Shown here: piece by piece, positions 56,439 through 64,000 of the stretch
Layout of the letters: each line of letters opens with the position of its first letter
Position numbering within the stretch: the stretch's first letter is position 1
From: Candidatus Lloydbacteria bacterium
GTDB lineage: Bacteria; Patescibacteriota; Minisyncoccia; Phycocordibacterales; 21-14-all-47-15
NCBI GenBank assembly: GCA_016214545.1
Contig: JACROH010000001.1
Span: 116,239-180,238 of the forward strand
Direction: 5' to 3'
Length of the DNA stretch: 64,000 bases
Made by a program: the position numbers and the translations under genes
Notes under the pieces: model-generated
Seen by the model: only the letters and a program-made list of their open reading frames with translations
What the model was told of the DNA's origin: nothing
Databases searched by the model: none

Positions 56439-57059
56439 TTAACCTCTATTTTTGAGAGCGTTTTTAAACGTGTCGGTGTCGGAGTATTCAAGCTCGGTGC
56501 CGGTGGAGAGGCCGCGGCCGAGAGCGGAAAGTCGGAGCGAATATTTTTTCACGAGCGGCTCAAGTGTTTTTGCGACATACTGTGCGGTATTTTCTCCCTC
56601 GCGTGTTGCTCCCATGGCAAGGATGATTTCTTTGAGCGCGCCGCTTGCGGCTTGTTTGTCCGCTTCTTCTACAAGCTCCTTGATGCTTATTTTTTCATTC
56701 GGGTTTGGCTCAAGTATCGGCAGGGAGCCGCCCAAAAGAAAATAGCGGCCGTGGTAGGCGTTTGTTTTTTTGATTGCTTCAAAATCGGTTTCTTTTTCAA
56801 CGACAAGCAGTGTTGCATTGTCGGTATTTGGAGAAGCGCAGATATCGCACAAGATGGAAGTGGTGCCTCCGCGCATGAAAAATCTTCGGCACGAAACGCA
56901 TTGCGATACGGCTTCATCAAGCGTCAAAATCTGTGCCGCGAGCATTTTGCGAAAAACACTCCCGCTTGAGAGCAAAAAATAGACAAATCGCTTCGCCTGC
57001 CGCGGCCCGATCCCCGGGAATTTCAAAAAATATTCAGCGAGTTTTTCGATGGGATTCAT
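56439..57059 (-). CDS. recR: recombination mediator RecR
   Basis: FPGIGPRQA.R, C..C/C..C Zn finger, VVE, EIILA...T.EGE.TA, GTELEY.D. Confidence 0.93.
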   Translation of the reverse strand: MNPIEKLAEYFLKFPGIGPRQAKRFVYFLLSSGSVFRKMLAAQILTLDEAVSQCVSCRRFFMRGGTTSILCDICASPNTDNATLLVVEKETDFEAIKKTNAYHGRYFLLGGSLPILEPNPNEKISIKELVEEADKQAASGALKEIILAMGATREGENTAQYVAKTLEPLVKKYSLRLSALGRGLSTGTELEYSDTDTFKNALKNRG

Positions 57060-57186
57060 GCAAAAAGTATAGCGTATTTATCATAAGCGAGCTACGTTTG
57101 ACTTTTATCTTATTTTTGGCATGCTTAGTGGCAGATTAGACCGTACGAATTGTTTTTTAAAACCGCTATCAAGGAGGAGGCTTCAA

Positions 57187-57837
57187 ATGAACAAGACAAG
57201 TAATACTGAATCTGAATCGCCAACTATTGCCTGCAGAGAGGCGCGGTTGTTGTTGCCGGGAATGGGGATGCGAGCTGCGGAACGAGATGGATTTTCCACC
57301 GAGGAAGTCTCTGCGTATCAACATTACTTAGGATGCTCTGAGTGTACCGAGCTGGGGATGTCGTCTCTCGCACGTGTGCCTATGACTTGCCAACGGGCTG
57401 CTGAAATTGCCGCAAGCGCTATAGACCAAACAGGCTTATTTTTTGATTCTGGGACAGTCCTTGAAACAGCGGCGCGAGAGCATATTTATGGGCGCGGATT
57501 CAAGAGAACCTCTTTTGCTTTTGGTTCGATTTATAAACGGGGGACAGCTTGCACATGCTCTCTTTGTAAAAAGATAGCTCAGTATTGGTGTAGTATCCCT
57601 TTTAGCTCGTCGTATGACGGGGACACCGAAGGAGTAAAATTTTTACCCCGTCTTATTTCTTGGTTCTACGAGCTTTCCTTGCCGCTGGATGTTTTGTTTG
57701 AAATCCAGGAGAAAGAGATAAAGAAGATGATTTCATCTGCCGTTAGACATGCAGAAAAAGAGGCTATTCTTTTGCATGTGGAGATATTGCAGGGAATGGT
57801 TCTCGAAAAGAAAGAAAAAAAACCAAAAAAATCTTGA
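57187..57837 (+). CDS. hypothetical Cys-containing protein (HxxxCxxC, anti-sigma-like Zn motif)
   Basis: ATG 57187 after AAGGAGGAGG; C...R.LL...HYLGCSEC. Confidence 0.55.
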   Translation: MNKTSNTESESPTIACREARLLLPGMGMRAAERDGFSTEEVSAYQHYLGCSECTELGMSSLARVPMTCQRAAEIAASAIDQTGLFFDSGTVLETAAREHIYGRGFKRTSFAFGSIYKRGTACTCSLCKKIAQYWCSIPFSSSYDGDTEGVKFLPRLISWFYELSLPLDVLFEIQEKEIKKMISSAVRHAEKEAILLHVEILQGMVLEKKEKKPKKS

Positions 57838-57879
57838 GGAAAAAATGAAACCGCTCATAACGAGCGGTTTTTTTATTGA

Positions 57880-59262
57880 TTAAAAATCTCCGAATGAGTC
57901 ATCGGCGCTTTTCAGGACTTGCGAGCCGCCGAATCCGCTTTTGTCAACGCTCAAGAAAGTGCTCTTTTTGTCGTCGAAGTAGAGATCCACTTTTCCGGTC
58001 GGGCCGTTGCGGTGCTTTTCGATGAGAATCTCCGTAACATTTTGTCTTTCAGAATTTTCATCTCGGTCTCGGTGAATAAACATCACCACGTCGGCGTCTT
58101 GTTCAATACTGCCCGAATCGCGCAAGTCGGAAAGACGAGGACGCCCGCCGCGCTGTTCAACAGCGCGATTAAGCTGCGAGAGGGCAAGCACCGGCACGTC
58201 TAATTCGCGCGCGAGCGCCTTGAGCGAGCGCGAAATCTCCGTAACCTGCTGCACCATTGAATCGGAGTTTCGTGAGCCGGTTGACGGTGTCATGAGCTGG
58301 AGATAGTCAACGACGATGAGCCCCAGGCCGTGCTCGCTTTTTAATCGGCGCGCGACCGAGCGCATGTTCAAGATATTGTTGCCGGCCTGGTCGTCGATGT
58401 ATATCGGCGCGTGCGCCAGACGGTCGAGTGCATCGCGCAAGTGGGTAAATTCTAAGTCGGCGTTTAATTTTCCGGTACGGAGTTTCCATGCGTCCACCTT
58501 TGATTCTGCCGCGAGCATGCGGTCAACGAGTTGTTGTGAGCTCATTTCAAGCGAGAAGATGCCGACGGGGATATTGTGTTTGGTTGCCGCGAGCCGCGCG
58601 ATATCAAGGGCGAGAGATGTCTTTCCGACGGATGGCCGCGCGGCAAGAATAATCAAATCGGATTTTTGCAAGCCGGCGAGTTTGTTATCGAGCTCCGGAA
58701 AACCGGTCGGTACGCCGCGCATTTCGTCGCCTGCTTTGTGCAGTCTATCAAGCCGCTCCCATGCCTCGGCGAGCGTTTCTTTCAGCGCGACAAACTGATG
58801 CCTGACCCCCGTGTTGGTTACTTCAAAGATTTTTTTCTCCGCTTCGTCGAGCACGTGCTCTATTTCTTTTTCTTCCTGATAGCCCAAATCGGCAATATGG
58901 TCGGCGGCGGCGAGCAAATTTCGCAAAATATGCTTTTTTCTGACGATATCTCCGTAGTGCTTGATGTTGGTAGAGGAAGGGACGGTGTTGACAAGCTCGG
59001 TCAGATACGAGCTTCCGCCGACGCTTTCAAAAATTTTCTGCTCTTTTAATTTTGCAGCGAGCGAAATCAAATCAATCGGCTCGTTTTTGCCGAAGAGGGC
59101 GAGCATTGCCTGATAGATTTTGGCGTGCTTGTCGACGTAGAATGTGTCGGGCGTGATGAACGCGACGATGTCGTTTATCGTTTGCGGACGGAGCATGATG
59201 GCGCCCAGGAGCGCTTTTTCGGATTCAATATTTTGCGGCGGGATTTTGAGAGCGTCTGACAT
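57880..59262 (-). CDS. dnaB: replicative DNA helicase
   Basis: PPQNIE.E..LLG, ILAARPSVGKT, FSLEMS, VDYLQL, SQLNR, DLRDSGSIEQDAD, KHRNGPTG. Confidence 0.98.
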   Translation of the reverse strand: MSDALKIPPQNIESEKALLGAIMLRPQTINDIVAFITPDTFYVDKHAKIYQAMLALFGKNEPIDLISLAAKLKEQKIFESVGGSSYLTELVNTVPSSTNIKHYGDIVRKKHILRNLLAAADHIADLGYQEEKEIEHVLDEAEKKIFEVTNTGVRHQFVALKETLAEAWERLDRLHKAGDEMRGVPTGFPELDNKLAGLQKSDLIILAARPSVGKTSLALDIARLAATKHNIPVGIFSLEMSSQQLVDRMLAAESKVDAWKLRTGKLNADLEFTHLRDALDRLAHAPIYIDDQAGNNILNMRSVARRLKSEHGLGLIVVDYLQLMTPSTGSRNSDSMVQQVTEISRSLKALARELDVPVLALSQLNRAVEQRGGRPRLSDLRDSGSIEQDADVVMFIHRDRDENSERQNVTEILIEKHRNGPTGKVDLYFDDKKSTFLSVDKSGFGGSQVLKSADDSFGDF

Positions 59263-59504
59263 GGTGCTAGTCTAGCACAAAATTATTTGTGCGAAAGAGG
59301 TTTTTTGCTTAACAAACTGGACAAAGTGTTCGTAAAGTGGGGATGAGGATTGATTGATATTTCTTCAGGATTCTCGGCGGGTATTACCGGGGGGTTTGAC
59401 AAACTTGTATAATATGCTACTCTTTAAAAAGAGCTAAATATTCTTTGAAATGCAGGATATCTTACCACACTAAATTTTTTCTTTTTGGGAAGGGGCCATA
59501 ATAT

Positions 59505-60035
59505 ATGTATTACTTTGCTTACGGATCAAATATGGATACGAAACAATTGGAAACAAGATTCGGGGGATTGAAGAATAAAAAATTTTCCGTCATCGGGAGT
59601 GCGATACTATTAAACTATGCGATTAAGTTTAACAAAAGAAGTAGCAAAGATGGAAGCGGCAAGGCCAACATTGTCCCCCATCGAAAATCAAAAGTTGAGG
59701 GTGTGATTTTTGATTTGACCGGAAAGCAGTTTAGTGAGCTAGACACTTACGAAGGTGGTTATCACCGCGATAACATGTTAATTAGCCTAGGTAACCAATC
59801 TATAATAATTGCCACTGTGTATGTGGCTGATACCGATGCATTGTGCGACGGGTTGCGTCCGACGAAAGAGTATCTCAATAAAATTCTAAAAGGAGCGAAA
59901 AATTTTCAGTTGTCCCGCTCGTACCAGAAAAAGTTATCAAAATTTAATAGCCACTTGCGAGGAGGTCACCATGGAAATCTGGACGTTAAATGCCAAAAGA
60001 AACGCTTACTTAAAAACCCCGATTGCCGAGGATAA
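59505..60035 (+). CDS. gamma-glutamylcyclotransferase (AIG2-like) family protein
   Basis: YFAYGSNM, ANIVP, VEGV, LD.YEG.Y, P...Y...I..GA. Confidence 0.88.
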   Translation: MYYFAYGSNMDTKQLETRFGGLKNKKFSVIGSAILLNYAIKFNKRSSKDGSGKANIVPHRKSKVEGVIFDLTGKQFSELDTYEGGYHRDNMLISLGNQSIIIATVYVADTDALCDGLRPTKEYLNKILKGAKNFQLSRSYQKKLSKFNSHLRGGHHGNLDVKCQKKRLLKNPDCRG

Positions 60036-60047
60036 AAAAAAGCTTTA

Positions 60048-60338
60048 ATGTGTGAGCTAGAGGTGGTGTTGTGTATGAACAAACCACGACTACAATACGG
60101 GGATTATTTTATTGTTTTTTCTGAAGAAGAAAAACAGAGGATTAGGGAGGCAACCTTGCAGTTATTGGGGCTAAAAAGTGAGGCCACTTTCCTTAATTAT
60201 CTCATGTGTCATTATTTTAAGGGAGGAATATACGCTGCTTATATAACAGATAATCCAAGAGACATGAGAAACCTGATTGTGGATGCGGACCCGAACAAGC
60301 CCAATAAGAACATTCTTGTCGTGGTAGTCGAAAAATAA
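60048..60338 (+). CDS. hypothetical protein (possibly the 3' part of a frameshifted ORF starting at 59971)
   Basis: 96-aa ORF; its ATG overlaps the TAA of a 25-codon SD-led ORF at 59971-60048. Confidence 0.5.
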   Translation: MCELEVVLCMNKPRLQYGDYFIVFSEEEKQRIREATLQLLGLKSEATFLNYLMCHYFKGGIYAAYITDNPRDMRNLIVDADPNKPNKNILVVVVEK

Positions 60339-60375
60339 GGAGCAAACAAATCAAATCCACTTAGACGCTGGGCGT

Positions 60376-61764
60376 CTAAGTGGATTTTTTTATTGAGAAG
60401 CCGTCTTTGGTGTCGCTCATTTCGTAGCCCAGGCTTGCGATTTTTTTGCGGAGTTCGTCCGCTTTGGCGAAGTCGCCTGATTTTCGCGCGGACTCACGCT
60501 CTTCCGCGAGTTTTTTTATTTCTTCCGGTATCGGTTCTTCCGCGGTGTGTTCTTTCGCACGCGTCAAATCAAGCCCCAAGACGCGGTCAAAATCGAGCAA
60601 GGTCGCTTTTTTATCGGCAGAAGAAATGGAATCGTCTTTTACGAGTTCCCAAACGAGGGCGATTGCGCGCGGGGTGTCTAAATCCTCGGAAACTATACCA
60701 GCGAATCTTTTTTGATATGGAGAGTTGATTGAGCCTCCGTCTTTGTATCCCACGACATTTCTATATAATTTTTCAAGCGCTGTTTGCGCGGCTTTCACGG
60801 CGTCTTCAGTGAAGTTGATCGTTTTTGTGTAATGCGCGGTGAGAAGCCAATAGCGATAGGCGAGCGGACTTATTCCTTTTTCAACGAGTGTCTTAAGGCG
60901 AATAAAATTTTCCGTCGATTTTGCCATTTTACCTTCGGGCACATTCACAAATCCGCTGTGCATCCAGTAATGGACGAACGGCTTGCCGGTGGAGCTCTCC
61001 GATTGCGCGATTTCGTTGGTGTGGTGCACTGGGATATGGTCAATACCACCGGTGTGAATGTCAAATGTTTCGCCGAGATACTTCATGCTCATCGCGGAGC
61101 ACTCAATGTGCCAGCCGGGGAAACCCAAGCCCCATGGGCTCTCCCATTCTTGCTCGCGTTTTGCTCCGTCTTTTGGAGAGAATTTCCAGAGTGCGAAATC
61201 GGTCACGTTTCTTTTTTCCGGATTTTTTTCTATTCGCGCGCCTTCTTTGAGTCCCTCTATGTCTAGTTGCGCAAGCGCGCCGTATTCTGGGAAGGTGCTC
61301 GTGTCAAAATAGATGCCGTCGCTTGTGCGATAGGCATGCCCGCCTGCTTCCAGTTTTTTAATAAGCGCAATCTGTTCGGGAATATGCTCGGTTGCTCTAG
61401 GGTACTTATCGGCGCGTTCGATATTGAGCATATCCATATCGTGGTAAAAAGCGCGTATGTATATGCTTGTAATTTCCTGCGCGCTTTTACCTTCGCGCTT
61501 GGCGCTCTTTTCAACTTTATCCTCACCTTCATCGGCATCTGATGTGAGATGCCCGACATCAGTAATATTGATTATCTGATTCACCTTAAAATTTTCATAC
61601 TCAAACATTCGCCGCAAGGTGTCGGCGAAAACATATGCGCGGAGATTGCCGATATGCGCGTAGTTATAGACCGTCGGCCCGCAATGGTACATTGAAACAT
61701 ACCCCTGCGTGAGGGGCTCAAACGTCTCCTTTTTTCTCGTCAGTGTGTTGTAAAGCAAAATCAT
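60376..61764 (-). CDS. cysS: cysteine--tRNA ligase
   Basis: CGPTVY..AHIGN, DFALWK, GFPGWHIECSAM, HH.NEIAQ, KMAKS. Confidence 0.97.
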   Translation of the reverse strand: MILLYNTLTRKKETFEPLTQGYVSMYHCGPTVYNYAHIGNLRAYVFADTLRRMFEYENFKVNQIINITDVGHLTSDADEGEDKVEKSAKREGKSAQEITSIYIRAFYHDMDMLNIERADKYPRATEHIPEQIALIKKLEAGGHAYRTSDGIYFDTSTFPEYGALAQLDIEGLKEGARIEKNPEKRNVTDFALWKFSPKDGAKREQEWESPWGLGFPGWHIECSAMSMKYLGETFDIHTGGIDHIPVHHTNEIAQSESSTGKPFVHYWMHSGFVNVPEGKMAKSTENFIRLKTLVEKGISPLAYRYWLLTAHYTKTINFTEDAVKAAQTALEKLYRNVVGYKDGGSINSPYQKRFAGIVSEDLDTPRAIALVWELVKDDSISSADKKATLLDFDRVLGLDLTRAKEHTAEEPIPEEIKKLAEERESARKSGDFAKADELRKKIASLGYEMSDTKDGFSIKKST

Positions 61765-61813
61765 GCCCAAATCTTATTTCGTCTTCGCTCGGACGAAATA
61801 CCGGTTAATACCT

Positions 61814-62731
61814 TTATATCCACTTTTTATGTTTGAAAAATATAAACATGAAAATGGTCGCTAGCCCCATGCCGCTCAAAATAATCCAAAAATCATTGGG
61901 CATTCCGACGATAGGGAGCATCTGAGTGTTCATTCCAAAAATAGACGATATGAGCATGAGCGGGAAGGTGACAAACGCCATCACGGTGAGGGTCTTCATT
62001 ACCTCGTTTGTTTTCGTGGTGAGAAGCGCATCGTTGGTATCACGGAGCCCAAGGAGCGTCTCGCGGTTGCTTTCGAGGATGTTTGAAATTTTGTAATATT
62101 CACCGGAAATCGCGTGCAGATAGTAGGCGAAATCTTCACCAAAAAATTTTTTTCCCGCCACTTCAAACGACGCCAATACTTCCTGGTGCGGGCGGGTCGC
62201 CTGTCTGAAATTGAGAAGATTGCGGTTTACTTTTGAAATCTCAAATACCATTTGTTTTTCTTCCCCGTGGAAAATGCGGGACTCGATGTCTTTTAGGTCG
62301 GTTGTCACCGAATCAAGCTCTTCTTCGAGGAATTTGTAGAGCTGGCGCACGAGATAGAAGAATAAAAATCCGGCGTGGTCGCCCAAATTGCTTTTATCGA
62401 GGATGGAGTTTACTTCAAACGCTTTTGAAAATTCATAAAGTGTATCGATACGCTTGTAGTGTGTTGTAATCAAAAAATTTTTCCCAATAACAAAATCAAT
62501 TTCTTGGTCGGTGTTGTTTTGCTCGGGCGAGCGCGCAAAAAAGGGGAAATGCAAGATAAGGTAGATGAGGTTGTGGTGGAGCTCCACTTTCGGGCGGAGG
62601 GTCGGCGAAAGAAGCTCGTTGGCGACAAGCGGATTGATGCCGTATTCGTCGGCTAGGGATTGAATCTCTTCAGAGGTTGGATTTTCAATATCAATCCAGG
62701 TGAGTTTTTTGTGTAGGTGTTTGGTAATCAT
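61814..62731 (-). CDS. corA: CorA-family Mg2+/Co2+ transporter
   Basis: WIDIENPT, NEVMKTLT, FGMN, two C-terminal TM helices. Confidence 0.92.
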   Translation of the reverse strand: MITKHLHKKLTWIDIENPTSEEIQSLADEYGINPLVANELLSPTLRPKVELHHNLIYLILHFPFFARSPEQNNTDQEIDFVIGKNFLITTHYKRIDTLYEFSKAFEVNSILDKSNLGDHAGFLFFYLVRQLYKFLEEELDSVTTDLKDIESRIFHGEEKQMVFEISKVNRNLLNFRQATRPHQEVLASFEVAGKKFFGEDFAYYLHAISGEYYKISNILESNRETLLGLRDTNDALLTTKTNEVMKTLTVMAFVTFPLMLISSIFGMNTQMLPIVGMPNDFWIILSGMGLATIFMFIFFKHKKWI

Positions 62732-62835
62732 GATGTAGTGTTTCTTCGTGCAGAATTATCCATCGTTACTTTATATCAAGTATACTGTTTCGGCTGTTTG
62801 ACCACAAGTAGATAGTTTGCGATAATACATCGCAA

Positions 62836-64000
62836 ATGAATACGCGCAGTAAATTGGGAATGATTTTTTTGGCCCTGGCCGTTGTGGGGGTCGCTTTTTT
62901 CGTTGGTGTATATGCCGGATACCATGAACGCCCGGAGGTAAATAAAATTACCTCTCTTCTTAATAAAGAAGAACCTTTGGTGGCGGCAAGCGGGGCCGAC
63001 TTTGACGCCTTTTGGAAAGTATGGAATGTACTTAATGAAAAATATATTGCCGCGACTTCAACTATTCCTTCCGACCAAGAAAAAGTATGGGGGGCGATAG
63101 CGGGGCTCGCGTCTTCCTATGGCGACCCGTATACCGTCTTTTTCCCGCCAAAAGAGGCGACTATATTTCAAAGCGATGTGAACGGCAATTTTGGCGGCGT
63201 TGGGATGGAAATCGGGATACGTAATGGCGTTCTCGCGGTTATTTCTCCTTTGAAGAATACGCCGGCAGAAAAAGCGGGGCTCAAGGCGGGGGATACCATT
63301 CTCGAAATAAACGGAGTCAGGAGCGTTGATACTCCGGTTGATGAGGCGATACAAAAAATTCGCGGTAAGCAAGGCACCTCGGTGAAGCTCAAGATTGGGC
63401 GCGAAGGCATCTCGCCGTTTGAAGTTTCTATCACGCGCGATATCATCAACATCCCCGTTATCGATACCAAGCTTCGCTCCGATGGAGTGTTCGTCATTTC
63501 ATTGTATACTTTTGCCGCGACCTCTCCCGATGCGTTTCGAGGTGCGCTTCAAGAGTTTACCAAGAGCGGTTCCGACAAGCTCATTCTTGATTTGCGGGGG
63601 AATCCGGGCGGATTTCTTGAGGCGGCGGTGGATATTGCAAGCTGGTTTTTGCCGCAAGGCAAAACAGTAGTGCGCGAGAATTTCAAAGACCATGACAATG
63701 AACAGGTGTACCGAAGCAAAGGATATGATATATTCACCGATAAGCTCAAAATGGCGATTTTGATAAACGGGGGCTCGGCATCGGCATCGGAAATTTTAGC
63801 CGGTGCGCTTCGCGAGCATGGGAAGGCCGTGCTCGTCGGCGAAAAATCATTCGGCAAGGGCTCGGTGCAAGAATTGGTGCCCATTACGAGCGATACATCG
63901 CTTAAAGTGACTATCGCCCGATGGCTTACTCCAAACGGTGTTTCCATTTCAGAAGAAAAATTGGCTCCGGATTATGAAGTAAAAATGACTGCCGAAGATG
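62836..64000 (+). CDS. ctpA: S41 carboxyl-terminal processing protease (runs off the window end)
   Basis: Manual translation: N-terminal TM, GDPYT, FGGVGMEIG (PDZ), LDLRGNPGG, SASASEILAGAL, GKGSVQ. Confidence 0.92.
   Translation, partial: MNTRSKLGMIFLALAVVGVAFFVGVYAGYHERPEVNKITSLLNKEEPLVAASGADFDAFWKVWNVLNEKYIAATSTIPSDQEKVWGAIAGLASSYGDPYTVFFPPKEATIFQSDVNGNFGGVGMEIGIRNGVLAVISPLKNTPAEKAGLKAGDTILEINGVRSVDTPVDEAIQKIRGKQGTSVKLKIGREGISPFEVSITRDIINIPVIDTKLRSDGVFVISLYTFAATSPDAFRGALQEFTKSGSDKLILDLRGNPGGFLEAAVDIASWFLPQGKTVVRENFKDHDNEQVYRSKGYDIFTDKLKMAILINGGSASASEILAGALREHGKAVLVGEKSFGKGSVQELVPITSDTSLKVTIARWLTPNGVSISEEKLAPDYEVKMTAED

Noticed and set aside
1-64000. Alternative genetic code (UGA=Gly, code 25)
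   Set aside because: Core genes are full length under code 11, and murC ends at a TGA where expected.

Overview
This 64 kb window looks like a Patescibacteria/CPR (probably Parcubacteria) chromosome segment, genetic code 11. That assignment is inferred from trimmed PheS/AlaS/ValS, CPR-type conserved hypotheticals, and core genes with little or no leader or Shine-Dalgarno (SD) site. It is mostly housekeeping: pheS/pheT, leuS, alaS, valS, cysS, mnmA, tsaD, lepA, the infA-rpmJ-alpha operon-rplM-rpsI block, rplU, recR, dnaB, murC, murJ, mltG, corA, ctpA, RNase P RNA and five tRNAs. No CRISPR array, prophage, integrase or transposase gene was seen. The most unusual signals are: (1) an orphan PemK/MazF toxin flanked by two covarying copies of a putative small structured antisense-strand RNA (candidate RNA antitoxin); (2) a conserved ~180-200 bp structured element behind two different tRNAs, whose ends are direct and inverted copies of each host tRNA's own 3' end; (3) an integrase-less gene-cassette array punctuated by an identical 119 bp terminator-promoter-RBS-start module; (4) an apparently intact NlpC/P60 peptidase domain inserted into PheT; (5) a recurring promoter/boxA-like/SD/terminator architecture specific to orphan genes. 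All family names come from motif recognition by eye; no database search was run.
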